Position numbers and translations under genes: made by a program. Shown here piece after piece: positions 41,876 to 52,700 of a stretch of DNA of 64,000 nt (positions are counted from its first letter, which is position 1; every line of letters begins with the position of its first letter). Under the pieces are notes generated by a model that had not been told where the DNA came from, did not search any database, and worked only from the letters and a program-made list of their open reading frames with translations. Location of the stretch: contig CAVUQH010000003.1 of NCBI GenBank assembly GCA_963743525.1, forward strand, positions 64,001 to 128,000, given 5' to 3'. Origin of the DNA: an uncultured delta proteobacterium (GTDB lineage Bacteria > Myxococcota_A > Polyangia > Haliangiales > Haliangiaceae).

Positions 41876-43407
41876 CGCAACCCCGGGTAGAGCTGGAGGA
41901 CGGCCGCCTGCCCCGGGCTCAGCTTGGTGCCACCGAGGTCGGTGTAGAACATCAGGTTGGTCGACGAGTCGTCGCTGTCGGGGATCGGGTCGAGGAAGCC
42001 GTCCGGCTCGCGGTTGCGGAACAGGCCCATGTAGCGCGCCAGCTCGTGGGCGGTGATGCGCGCCATGTCGGTCCACGACCGGTAGCAGAGGGTGTCCATC
42101 GACACCGCGATCCCCGACGCGCGGGTGGCCGGCAGCGCCGGAGGTCCCGGGTTGCCGCCGGCCAGCGCCTGCACGCCGACCGGGCTGATCGACCGGGTAA
42201 AGAAGATGTGGATGCCGGACGGGTCGTCGGCCAGCTTGAGCAGCCGGGGCAGATCCTGGGCGCGGAGGCCGTCGAGATCGGCCCGCTGGATGTCGTCGTA
42301 GGTGACGTTGCCCAGCTTGATGGCGGCAGCGCCGAGGATGCTCTCGAGCTGATCGAGGTAGCCGCGCACGTCGGTGCTGCCCGGTGCCGACGCCGCGCTC
42401 AGCCCGGAGACGCCCGGGCAGGGATGGTCGGACAGATCGGCGAAGTGCAGGTGGAGGTCGAGGGTGGTCGCCGGCGACAGCTTGTAGAAGACGCTGACCG
42501 ACGGGATGGCGGTGCCCTGGCCGCCGGCCTCGAAGAACGACCCGACCTCGATGTCGTAGGCGCCGGTCTCGATGCCGATGGCCGGAGTGTTGGGCACGAC
42601 CAGCGTGGCGATCTCCGGCTCCGGCTGGTGGCGCAGCGGGTTGGCGTAATACTCCTCTTGCGAGAACGGCGTGGCGTAGAGCAGCAGTCCCGACGGCGAG
42701 GTCACCCGCGACGCGCCGACCAGCTGGGCGTCGTTGTCGATCTGCGCGACCAGGGCGAACGACAGCGCATTGGACGGCACCGGAACCCGCAGCTGCGAGT
42801 GCGGCGAGGCCACCGGGAAGTCGAGCCGCAGCGTGCCACTGGCCTGCAGGCAGCCGGCGAACAGCGGCGGCTTGCCGGCGGCCGGAAGCCGCGGGATGTC
42901 GGCACAGGTGGTGCCGGTCGGGCAGTCGTCGATGCTCTTGCACAGCTCCACGCAGCGATCGAGCGCACAGATTCCGGTGCGACAATCAGCGTCGGCGGCG
43001 CAGTCGCCGCCGGTGGCGGTCCCCGACTGATCGATCTGACAGGTGCCGGCCAGGCGCCCGTCGCCGTCGAGGTCGGTGCTATCCAGACGGCACGATTGGG
43101 CCGGGCCGCAGTCGATCTCGCGGGAGCAGGGGTCGCCGACCGCCGACGTCACCTCGGCGCAGGTGCCGTCATCCTGGCAGACATAGCCGTCGCCGCAGTC
43201 CAGGTGCGCGGTGCAGCGAGGCGTGCAGGTGGCGGCCAAACACTGCAGATCAGGGGCGCAGTCGCTGTGGCTCTGGCAGCTGTGACCGATGCCCGCGCCG
43301 GGCGAGTCGCAGCCGGCCAGGCTCAGGGCGCACATGAGCACAGCCGCGATCCGACCTGCGGACGGCGGCGAGCATCGGACCCCTCGTGGCAGCTTTCCGT
43401 GTGACAA
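41872..43407 (-). CDS. Cys-rich lipoprotein with degenerate metzincin-like C-terminal domain
   Basis: LAGC lipobox, about five CxxxxDC repeats, then TAHELARYMGLFR...NLM. Start uncertain. Confidence 0.75.
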   Translation of the reverse strand: MSHGKLPRGVRCSPPSAGRIAAVLMCALSLAGCDSPGAGIGHSCQSHSDCAPDLQCLAATCTPRCTAHLDCGDGYVCQDDGTCAEVTSAVGDPCSREIDCGPAQSCRLDSTDLDGDGRLAGTCQIDQSGTATGGDCAADADCRTGICALDRCVELCKSIDDCPTGTTCADIPRLPAAGKPPLFAGCLQASGTLRLDFPVASPHSQLRVPVPSNALSFALVAQIDNDAQLVGASRVTSPSGLLLYATPFSQEEYYANPLRHQPEPEIATLVVPNTPAIGIETGAYDIEVGSFFEAGGQGTAIPSVSVFYKLSPATTLDLHLHFADLSDHPCPGVSGLSAASAPGSTDVRGYLDQLESILGAAAIKLGNVTYDDIQRADLDGLRAQDLPRLLKLADDPSGIHIFFTRSISPVGVQALAGGNPGPPALPATRASGIAVSMDTLCYRSWTDMARITAHELARYMGLFRNREPDGFLDPIPDSDDSSTNLMFYTDLGGTKLSPGQAAVLQLYPGLR

Positions 43408-43504
43408 CGGCTACGAACTCGCGCTCACACCCTCGAAGGATGATCAGTATATACGTATACTCCGGGCGGGTCGAAGGACCGCATCACACGGGAGGAGCTG
43501 GGAG

Positions 43505-44272
43505 ATGCGTGTGTACAGCCGAACGATTTCGCGGGTCTTTGTTTTCACGACGCTCGCTTGCGTACTGGCGCTTCCCGCCGTTGCGTCGGCGCAGGTAGCT
43601 CTCGACGACGACGACGACGCCACAGCCGACGACGCCCCGGCAACGCCGGAGGCGACGAATACCAGCCCCGCCACCGACGACGCCAACAAGGTGACCTACG
43701 GCGTCGGCCTGCGGCTTCGCTACACCTTCATCCCCAACGGGATCATCGAGGCGTTCGTCAAGCACTCGGCCGGCGGCAACGCCAACATGGGCTTCGGCCT
43801 CGAGGGCATCCGCAAGCGCGGCGACCTGGAGATGACCTTCGGCTTCGAGTACGAGAGCCTGAAGGGCAACGAGGATGTCTGGATCGACAACAAGAACGCC
43901 GCCGACCTGGTCCAGTACGACGGCTTCGGCTGGATCACCTTCGACTTCAGCTTCATCTGGCACACCAAGCTGACCGACCTGCTGTCGCTCCGCTACGGCG
44001 GTGGCGCCGGCCTCGGCATCGTCATGGGCAACGTCCTGCAGACCGACTACATCTGCAACCCGCCCGACAACGCCGGCAACTGCTCCGAGGACCCGCTGGC
44101 CAGGAGCACCGGCGACTTCCGCGCCGTGCAGAAGGACATCCCCCCGGTCTTCCCGGTGGTCAACATCCTCGCCGGCCTGCAGATCCACCCGACCGACAAG
44201 ATCGAGATCAACCTCGAGGCCGGCATCCGCACCATCTTCTACGTCGGCACCACGGTCGGCTACCTGTTCTAG
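43505..44272 (+). CDS. Putative outer-membrane beta-barrel protein
   Basis: Signal peptide (ASA-Q), amphipathic beta pattern, C-terminal TTVGYLF; RBS GGAG upstream. Confidence 0.7.
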   Translation: MRVYSRTISRVFVFTTLACVLALPAVASAQVALDDDDDATADDAPATPEATNTSPATDDANKVTYGVGLRLRYTFIPNGIIEAFVKHSAGGNANMGFGLEGIRKRGDLEMTFGFEYESLKGNEDVWIDNKNAADLVQYDGFGWITFDFSFIWHTKLTDLLSLRYGGGAGLGIVMGNVLQTDYICNPPDNAGNCSEDPLARSTGDFRAVQKDIPPVFPVVNILAGLQIHPTDKIEINLEAGIRTIFYVGTTVGYLF

Positions 44273-44281
44273 GCGCGCCGG

Positions 44282-46228
44282 TCAGCCGCGGCGTTTGCGG
44301 ATGTCGCCAACGCGGAGGGTCAGCTTGATCTCGTCGAAATGCTCGGCGAGGGGGATGCTGTATTTGCGGGTCGCGTTGGTGAGGGCTTTCCACTCGGCCG
44401 GCGTGATCTGGCCGTGGGCGTCGAGGTGGGCTTCGAGGGCGGCGCGCAGCTTTGCGATGGTGTCGGCGGCGACGTAGTAGTCGGACTTGACGCGGACCAG
44501 GCGGCCGGCCGACAGCAGGCGATCGAGGGCGGCGCGGACGCGGGCCTCGGGCAGGCCGAGGGCTGACGGCAGCTCTTTCAGCTTCGGCGCTTCTACGGCC
44601 CACTCCTGGTAGCGGGCGAGCACCTGTTCTTCGGTTTCGCCCAGCGCTCCGCCGCGGTCGGCGCGCGGGTCGATGACCAGGTCGCCGTCAACGCGGGCGG
44701 CGCCGCGGTCGGTGAGGGCCGTCAGGATCTGATCGTAGATGCGCGGCGGCACCGAGCGAGGCAGGCGGCCGCGCAGCTCTTCGCGCGGGATGCCCGGCTT
44801 GTGCGGGTTGTCTCTGCGGAAGCCGGCCAGGGCGTCGGTGGCCTGTTTCTCCAGGCGGGCGAACGGCTCGGCGTGCATGTACAGGGCGCCGTCGCCGCTG
44901 CCCGTGCCGATGATTTCGCGGGCCTCGACCAGGTGGCCGAGGCGGGTCTCGAGCTCGGCAGGCGGCAGGCCCAGGCGGCGGCCGAGCTCGGCCTGCTCGA
45001 TGCCCGCGACCCTGGCGCCGGCGATCTCCAGCGCGACGCGCTCGTCGCCGGCAGCGTCGGCGATTCTCTCGATGGCGCCGGCGGCCTCGGCCGAGGCGCG
45101 GCGGACCTTGGGCGCCTGTACGCGCAGGATCTCGCCGCCGCCCAGGGTGGTGCCGTAATGCTCCTGGACGACGAAGCCGCGGGCGATGAAGCGGTCGCCG
45201 GGCAGGGCCGCCAGAGGCGTGGTGGCGTCGAGGCGCAGCTGCACCAGCGCTTCGTTGCCGGGCAAGAGCTCGTCGCGGTCGGCCAGGACCAGGGTCGCCA
45301 TCACCTGCGTGGTCGCGTGGTGGAGCAGCACGCGACTGCGCCGACCCAACGGCGCGCGCGAGGTCGACAGGTAGCGGAAGCGGGCGTCGATGATGTGCGA
45401 CGGCGCGATGGCCTCGGGGTGGGCCAACATCTCGCCGCGGGCGACGTCGGTGGTGCCGACGCCCGACAGGTTGATCGCCGCGCGCATGCCGGCGCGCGCC
45501 TCGTCGCTGGCTTCGCCGTGGACCTCGATGCCGCGCACCTTGGCCGCGGTCTCGCGCGGGTGGGCCACCACGGTGTCGCCCACGCGCACGGTGCCGCCGA
45601 GCACGGTGCCGGTGACCACGGTGCCGAAGCCGCGAATGGTGAAGACGCGATCGATCGGCAGGCGGAACGGTCCGTCAGCGTCGCGCGCCGGCAGCTCGGT
45701 GGTCAAGCGCACCAGCTCGGCGCGCAGGGCGTCGAGCCCGGCGCCGGTCCTGGCCGACACCGGGATCAGCGCGGCGTCGGCGAGGAAGGTCCCCTGCAGA
45801 TGGGCGCGCACGTCGGCCTGGACCATCTCCAGCCAGTCGTCGTCGACCAGGTCGCTCTTGGTCAGGGCGACGACGCCCCGGCGCACTCCGAGGAGCTCGC
45901 AGATGTCGAGGTGCTCCTGCGTCTGCGGCATCACTCCTTCGTCGCAGGCGATGACCAGGCAGACCAGATCCAGGCCGCCGGCGCCGGCGACCATCGCCTT
46001 GATGAACCGCTCGTGGCCGGGCACGTCGACCAGGCCGAATCGCCGGCCCTCGAGATCGAGGTGGGCGAAGCCGAGCTCGGTGGTGATGCCGCGCTCCTTT
46101 TCGACCTTCAGTCGATCGGTGTCGATGCCGGTGAGCGCGCGCACCAGCGCGGTCTTGCCGTGGTCGATGTGACCGGCGGTGCCGAGGACGATCGGGTGAG
46201 TCTGTACGGTGGTTGCTTCAGCGGACAT
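44282..46228 (-). CDS. selB: Selenocysteine-specific elongation factor
   Basis: GTAGHIDHGKT, DVPGHERF, PQTQEH, DRVF...GTVVTGT, C-terminal winged helix TRKYSIPLAEHFD. Confidence 0.96.
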   Translation of the reverse strand: MSAEATTVQTHPIVLGTAGHIDHGKTALVRALTGIDTDRLKVEKERGITTELGFAHLDLEGRRFGLVDVPGHERFIKAMVAGAGGLDLVCLVIACDEGVMPQTQEHLDICELLGVRRGVVALTKSDLVDDDWLEMVQADVRAHLQGTFLADAALIPVSARTGAGLDALRAELVRLTTELPARDADGPFRLPIDRVFTIRGFGTVVTGTVLGGTVRVGDTVVAHPRETAAKVRGIEVHGEASDEARAGMRAAINLSGVGTTDVARGEMLAHPEAIAPSHIIDARFRYLSTSRAPLGRRSRVLLHHATTQVMATLVLADRDELLPGNEALVQLRLDATTPLAALPGDRFIARGFVVQEHYGTTLGGGEILRVQAPKVRRASAEAAGAIERIADAAGDERVALEIAGARVAGIEQAELGRRLGLPPAELETRLGHLVEAREIIGTGSGDGALYMHAEPFARLEKQATDALAGFRRDNPHKPGIPREELRGRLPRSVPPRIYDQILTALTDRGAARVDGDLVIDPRADRGGALGETEEQVLARYQEWAVEAPKLKELPSALGLPEARVRAALDRLLSAGRLVRVKSDYYVAADTIAKLRAALEAHLDAHGQITPAEWKALTNATRKYSIPLAEHFDEIKLTLRVGDIRKRRG

Positions 46229-47990
46229 CGAGGATGAAGACGCTCTCCAGGGTGTCGGCGCCGAACTGGGTGTGCAGCGACGCGCTGCGCAGCCGACTGG
46301 CGATCGGCACGAGCGCTGCGGCCCAGCCGGCGGTGGGAGCGAGTTGTTGGATCAGGTGATCGGGTCGCAGGTATACCTCGGCAACCAGGCGGTCAACGGA
46401 TCGCTTGCGCAGCAACCGGTGGGCCACTCGCCAGGCCAGCGACCGCGGCTGGAAGGCGATGCCGAAGACGTCGTGGCCGGCGATCGGCAGGTGGTACGGC
46501 CGCATCGGACCGGTGCCCCAGGTATCGACCTTCTGGCCGCTCTTGGTCACCACCTTCTTGGCGCCCCAGACCGTGGCGAAGTAGCGGGCCGGAAAGGCGG
46601 CGACGTCGGGCGACACCGACATCTCGACGAAGCCGCGCAGGTGGCCCATGCCTCCGCCGACGGCGCGGAAGGCGAAGGCGGTGTTGCGCGCGCCGGTGAC
46701 CAGCTTGGCCGCCTCCGGGGCGATATGCGCCACTTCATCGAGAACCATTCCCATCGCTTGCGGCCAGCCGAACAGCGCCAGCGCGGTCCACGCCGACGAT
46801 GTGCAGTTGAGCATGGTCCAGCGCAGCTCCTGTCGCTCGAGCTCGAGCACGTGGGGCCGCGGCAGTGCGCGCAGCGGCGCCAGGCTGGCGAGGAACAGCT
46901 CGCCGGCGACCACCGCGCCGGCGTTGGTCATATCCTTGGCGTCGATCAGTTGATCGTCGGCGACGAGCATCGCCCGCGCCAGCTTGAACGCGCCGCGCAG
47001 CCCGTAGACCAGGTCGGTGTGGATGCTGGCGCTGACCGACGAACCGGACTTCTGCCGAATGTCGACCGATGCGGCGATGTCGGCGAACGGCCCGGCGGTG
47101 ACGATGTCGCGGAACCCGCTGCAGACCTTGTCCTCGTTGACCGGATCCGGGCCGCCGACCCGCGCGGCCAACTCGTGTTGCAGCCGGCGTTGCAGATCGT
47201 AGAGGCCGGTCGCATCGGCCCACACCACGGTACCGGGTCCGGTCAGCCGCGCCGCGGCGCCGTGTTTGGCGCGCTGGCGAACGGCGTTGGGTACGCGCGC
47301 GAGTCGGGCCAGCACGATGGCACCGTCGCGCGGCCACGACAGCGCGTTGCCGCCGGTCGGAGTCAGGAGATCGATCACCAGCGCGTCACCCATGCGGTGG
47401 ATGGCGACCAGCGTGCCGATGGCGGGAAGCTGGCCGACCGCCTGGACGCCGGCCTTGCGCAGGGTCGCGACCACCGCGGTGCCGCTGCCGGCCGGCGCCC
47501 CGACGGCGCTGGCGACCGCGGCCGCCTTGCCCGGAGCGACCGCGGTCAGGCCCGGAATCACGCCGGCAAGCCGGGTCACGGTGGCGTCGAGCTTGCCGAC
47601 GTCGTCCACCGCCATGACCACACGGGCGCGCCAGAATCGGGTACCCGGCGCCTTCTTGCGGTCGATCGCGCCGAAGCTGGCGACCACGGGCTGATCGGCG
47701 TCGACGCCGGCGCGATACCAGCCGGCGCGAACCAGCGGATCGAAGCCGATCAACGCCACCGCCGCAGCCGAGGTGACGAACACCGTGCGCGTGGCGCCCG
47801 GCGCCCCGGAGGTGCGGTACAGCTGCACCGCATGCTCCCAGGTCTCGAGGTCGACGCGGGCGACCACCGGCGCGTCACCGTCGAGGTAGTCCAGGAGGTC
47901 GCGCGGCGCGGCCGCTGCCGGTCGAGCGCCGGTCGCCAGCGCCAGGGCCGCGGCCAGCATCGCGACCGAGACCGAGCGGCGGCCGATCAC
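46218..47990 (-). CDS. Exported hypothetical protein
   Basis: Signal-peptide-like N-terminus from GTG 47990; overlaps both flanking genes. Confidence 0.65.
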   Translation of the reverse strand: MIGRRSVSVAMLAAALALATGARPAAAAPRDLLDYLDGDAPVVARVDLETWEHAVQLYRTSGAPGATRTVFVTSAAAVALIGFDPLVRAGWYRAGVDADQPVVASFGAIDRKKAPGTRFWRARVVMAVDDVGKLDATVTRLAGVIPGLTAVAPGKAAAVASAVGAPAGSGTAVVATLRKAGVQAVGQLPAIGTLVAIHRMGDALVIDLLTPTGGNALSWPRDGAIVLARLARVPNAVRQRAKHGAAARLTGPGTVVWADATGLYDLQRRLQHELAARVGGPDPVNEDKVCSGFRDIVTAGPFADIAASVDIRQKSGSSVSASIHTDLVYGLRGAFKLARAMLVADDQLIDAKDMTNAGAVVAGELFLASLAPLRALPRPHVLELERQELRWTMLNCTSSAWTALALFGWPQAMGMVLDEVAHIAPEAAKLVTGARNTAFAFRAVGGGMGHLRGFVEMSVSPDVAAFPARYFATVWGAKKVVTKSGQKVDTWGTGPMRPYHLPIAGHDVFGIAFQPRSLAWRVAHRLLRKRSVDRLVAEVYLRPDHLIQQLAPTAGWAAALVPIASRLRSASLHTQFGADTLESVFILDVR

Positions 47991-49672
47991 CGGTTGTTCT
48001 CTCGCTCCCGAAGCTCGCGCTTGAGCACCTTGCCGGTCGGGTTGTGCGGCAAGGCGTCGAGGAACTCGACCGCGCGCGGCTGCTTGTAGTCGGCCAGCCC
48101 GGCGCGGCAGTGTCCGATCACCTCGTCGGCAGACAAATGCGCGCCCGCCCGCGTGACCACGAACGCCTTGAGCGACTCGCCCCACTCGCTGTCGGGCACG
48201 CCGATCACCGCGGCCTCGATGATGTCCGGGTGGGTGTGCAGGTGGTCTTCGATCTCGCGCGGGTAGATGTTGACCCCGCCGGAGATGACCATGTCGTGCT
48301 TGCGCGACTCGAGGTAGTAGAAGCCGTCGCCGTCGGCCCGCGCCAGGTCACCGACGGAGAAGAAGCCGTCGCGCTGGGCGTCGTCGGTGGCCTCGTCGTT
48401 CTTGTGGTAGCCGGTGATCAGCATGCTGTTGCGCACGTAGATCTCGCCGACCTCGCCCGGCGAGACGTCGTTGCCGGCGTCGTCGAGCAGGCGCACCTCG
48501 TTGCCGCGCAGCGTTCGGCCGACAGTGCCCGGGTGTCCGGCGTGATCGTCGGGACCGGCCAGGGTGACCATGCCGGTCTCGGTGGCGCCGTAGAAGTTCC
48601 ACAGGATGAAGCCGAACTGCTCCTGGAAGCGGCGCGCGGTCTCGGTCGCCAGCGGCGCGGCGCCGCTGCAGATCCAGCGCAGCGACGAGGTGTCGTAGCG
48701 GCGGCGCACCGACTCGTCCAGCGCGGTCAGCCGCACCAGCATGGTCGGCACCATGAACGCGCTGGTCACCCGCTCGCGCTGAATGGTCGCCAGGATCTGC
48801 TCGGGATCGAAGTGGTCGCAGACGACCACCGTCGCGCCGAGCGTCATCATCATGCCGGCGAACGCCGGTGCGGCGCTGTGGTAGAGCGGGCAGATCACCA
48901 GGTGGACATCGTCGTGGCGCATGCCCATGGTGGCCATGAAGTCGGCCACCGCCTCGAGCCCGACCTGGCGGAAGTCGCGGTTGGCGCCCTTCGGTTTGCC
49001 GGTGGTGCCCGAGGTGTAGATGATGACGCCGCCGCCGCGGCTGCCGACCCGCGGCGCGGTGGTGCCGTCTCGTGCGGCCAGCGCCTGCTCCCATCGCTGG
49101 CCGTGGATCCGATCCTTGTCGCTGGCGCCGGTGACGATCACCGCGTCATCGCCGGGCAGCCCCGCGCGCCGGCGGGCGTCGTCCATCTGCGCCAGGTAGT
49201 CCCGGTGGACGATCGCCACCTGCGGCTCGGAGTTCTCGAGGATGTAGGCGATCTCCGGTCCCTTGAGCCGATAGCCGATCTGCACCGCGGTGGCGCCGAT
49301 GCGCGCCATCGCCTGCTGCGCGACCAGGTACTCGATCGAGTTGGGCAGCATCAGCGCCACTCGATCGCCGGGGCCGACGCCCAGCTCGATCAGCGCGTGG
49401 GAAAGCTGGTTGGTCCAGCGGTCGAGCTCGTCGTAGCGAACCCGCCGGGTGTCCTGCACCAGGGCGATCTTCTCCGGCTTGTTGGCCGCGTGCAGCATCA
49501 CCGCCGCGTGCGGGCCGGGGCGAATCCCCCGTGCCCGCCGGGCGAACGTCGCGATGCCTCGCGGGCTGAGCGCCGCCAGCAATCCCGTCCGGTCGAGCAC
49601 GCTGGTGGCAAATCCGAGCCCATCCGCCACCTTCCCCAGCTTGAGGAACCGATCCCTGAACACGCCCATCAT
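47987..49672 (-). CDS. Acyl-CoA synthetase (AMP-binding)
   Basis: YTSGTTGKPKG, YGATE, GDL, GGVNIYPREIE, GKVLK. Start set to ATG 49672. Confidence 0.93.
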   Translation of the reverse strand: MMGVFRDRFLKLGKVADGLGFATSVLDRTGLLAALSPRGIATFARRARGIRPGPHAAVMLHAANKPEKIALVQDTRRVRYDELDRWTNQLSHALIELGVGPGDRVALMLPNSIEYLVAQQAMARIGATAVQIGYRLKGPEIAYILENSEPQVAIVHRDYLAQMDDARRRAGLPGDDAVIVTGASDKDRIHGQRWEQALAARDGTTAPRVGSRGGGVIIYTSGTTGKPKGANRDFRQVGLEAVADFMATMGMRHDDVHLVICPLYHSAAPAFAGMMMTLGATVVVCDHFDPEQILATIQRERVTSAFMVPTMLVRLTALDESVRRRYDTSSLRWICSGAAPLATETARRFQEQFGFILWNFYGATETGMVTLAGPDDHAGHPGTVGRTLRGNEVRLLDDAGNDVSPGEVGEIYVRNSMLITGYHKNDEATDDAQRDGFFSVGDLARADGDGFYYLESRKHDMVISGGVNIYPREIEDHLHTHPDIIEAAVIGVPDSEWGESLKAFVVTRAGAHLSADEVIGHCRAGLADYKQPRAVEFLDALPHNPTGKVLKRELRERENNR

Positions 49673-49701
49673 GGGCGCAGCGTAGCAGGTTTGCCGGGCG
49701 C

Positions 49702-52700
49702 CTAGTGGCCTTGCAGGTTCATCAGCAGGCGCTTGACGTCCATCGCCTCGTCGCGGTCGGCGGGGTCGCGCCCCAGGTACTTTTCCCAGGCGCGAATGGC
49801 CGCACCGCGGTTGCCGCGCGCGCGCTGAACGTAGCCCAGCGACCGATACGCCTCGGTGATCCACGGCGCTTCCTGTCCCGGCATCTTGGGATGCGCCCAG
49901 CGGCTGGTCAGGGCCAGCGGACAATGGGTGACGTCGCCACCCTTCTCGCCGCTGCGCATCAGCTGCTCGTAGGTATTGGTCGCCGACTCCAGCGCGGCGG
50001 CCGCGTCGGAGCGGCTATCGATGTCCTTGGCCGCGACGCCGAGCAGGAACTCGACGAAGGCGTGGACGCCCTTCTTGGGCAGCCCCAGGCGCAGCGCCTG
50101 CTTGTAGGCGCGGATCGCGCGCTTCTGATCGCCGGTCCCCTGATAGACCTCGCCCTCGACGTAGTAGAGCCACGCGTTCTTGGGTTCCAGCTTGCGCGCG
50201 TCGTCGATGGCGTCGGTCACCTTGGTGATGTCGGCGCGGAAGTCGCGGCGCATCAGTCGGGCGCAGACGATGCCCAGCCGCGGCGACAGGAAGTCCTCCT
50301 TGACCTCGGCCTGCTTGAACGCCTTGATGGCGTCGTCCATGCGCGGCGGGTCGAGCGCCAGGTAGGCGCGGCCGAGCCCGTCGAAGAACTGCGGCTCGCC
50401 CGAGCCGGCGGTTGCCTGGCGGAAGAAGCGGACCGCGTCAACCGCCTTGCCCGCGCCCAGCATCGCCTCGCCCTTGAGGAACAGGCCGGCGGCGTTGTCC
50501 GGATTTTCGGCCAGAATCGAGTCGCCCATCGCCTTGGCCTTGTCGGCATTGCCGATGCGGGCGTAGAAGCGGCCGGCGCGGGCGCGGACGTTGATCGACG
50601 GGTTCTTGACGTTGAGCAGCTGGTCGTAGATCTGCCCGGCCTCGTCGTCGCGGCCCAGCTGTTCGTAGAACAGCGCCAGCTGGCGGCCGATGTCTTCGCG
50701 GTTGCCCTCGGCGAACGCCTTCTTCAGGCTGTCGATCGCCTCGTCGTACTCCTTCTTGTCGAACAGCGCCTGGCCCAGCTGGTACAGCGCCTCGACGTCG
50801 TTGGGGCGCGCGGCCAGGGCGGTGCGGAACCACTGCTCGGCGCGCTCGGTGTCGCCGGCGGCGCGGTAGGCCAGACCCAGGGTCACCGCCAGCGCCGGCT
50901 CGCTCTTGGCCCGGTCGGTGATCGGGTCGAGCAGATCCTTGGCTTCGCTGGCGTGCGCCGGGTCGCGAGCCAGCGCCTTGGCCAGCTCCACCGTCGGGCG
51001 GATGTCCTGATCCGGCGGCACCAGCTCGACCGCCTTGCGGTACTCGGCGATGGCGGCGCTCAGCTTGTCGTCGCCGCCCGCGGCGAGGATGTCGCCCTGG
51101 ACCACGTGCAGCCGGCCCAGCTCGTGCTCGTTGTCGAGGGGCGGATCGCGCTGGAGCAGCGGCGTGACCAGCGCCTGGGCCTCGTCCGGCTTGCCCTGCT
51201 TCACCGCCACTTCGGCCAGCGCCATGGTCGCGTCGATGTCGTTGGCATCGGCCTGCAGCACACCCTCGAGCTTGCGCCGCGAGTCGTCGAGTAGCCCCTG
51301 CGCCAGATCGGCGCGCGCCTCGCCGACGATCGCCGACAGGTTGTTCGCGTCCAGCGCCTTGGCTTGCTCGTAGCGGCGGCGCGCCTCGTCAACGCGGCCG
51401 GCGAGCAGCGCCTGGTTGCCGGCCAGCGACCACGCCAGCGACACCGCGCGCGGGTCGCCCTGGTCCTTCTGCGGATGGTTGGTGATCTCGAGGTACAGGT
51501 TCTCGCGGTCGGCAAAGCGCTTGACGTCGGCCAGCTGATACGAGCCGACCAGACCGCCGAAGTGATCGACGTGTCCGGGCAGGTCGGTGTACGACTCGTC
51601 GCGCTTGCGCAGGGAGTCGTAGGCCTTGCGCGCCTCGACGTTGTTGCCGAGCGCCTGCTCGGCGCGTCCCAGCCCGTACAGCGCGGGGATGCGGTTGGGC
51701 GACTTGCCCAGCGCGCGCTTGAACGACGGCCAGCGCGTTCTTGTGATCGTGCAGCGCCTGATAGGCCCAGCCCTGGTAGAGCGGGATGTTGGGGTCCGAC
51801 GGCTGTTTGCTCAGCGCCTGCCCGAGCGGCGCGAGAGCGCCCTTGGGCGTGCCCTCGAAGATCGCGCGCAGCGCCTCGGCCTTGTTGCACTCGGGGCCCG
51901 ACGCAGCGGCGTCGTTGATCCGCGCGATGTACGAGCGTCCGGCGTCGCGCCGCTTCTGCAGCTCGGTGCCCTCGTCGAGGTAGCCGGCGTACGCCGCCTG
52001 GGCGGCGATGCCCAGCGCGTCGGCCTGCTTGCTCTCCACCGCCAGTGCCTTGTTGGCCTCGTCGAGCGCGGCGTCCCAGTGGCGCGGCTTGTCGCTGATC
52101 AGGAAGCGTCGCGCAGCGGTCAGGTGCTGCGCGACCTCGGCGTCGCGGGCCTTGGCCGCCTGGTGGCGACTCCACAGCAGCCAGCCGCCGGCGCCGAGCC
52201 CGCCGACCAGGACCACCGCGGCCAGCGCGATGAGCGGCTTCTTGCTGCGCGGCTTGGCCTCTTGTTCGGCCTTGGCCTTGGCTTTCTCCAGCTGCCTGGC
52301 CTCGCCGGCGACGCGCGCCGTCTGCTCGGCCACCACCTCTTCGTCCAGATCGAGGAGCTGGTCCTGCTCCGGGCGCGGCGCGAAGTCGTTGGCCGGCGCC
52401 GACGGTTGAGCCAGCGACAGCGTCTCTTCCTGGCCGGGCAGATCGACGTTGCCGAAGCCGCTGGCGCCGAGATCCAGAGGCGGTGCGTCGCCGGGATCGC
52501 TGAGGTCGAGGGGCGGTGCCGACGACGACTGCGGCGGCGCCAGATCGAGGTCGTCCAGGTCCAGGGCGCCGCTGTCGCCGCCACCGATGTCGTCGAAGAA
52601 GCCGCGCGCCGCGTCGGCCGGCCCGGCCGCCGCAGCCGGCGCGTGGCGCGGAGTCGAACCGCCGCCGACCGGCGCCAGCGGTTCGGCCAGATCGATGCTG

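Noticed and set aside
44282..46228. Selenoprotein (in-frame UGA) or tRNA-Sec near selB
   Set aside because: None of the five tRNAs has a TCA anticodon, and I saw no ORF plausibly extended through UGA.
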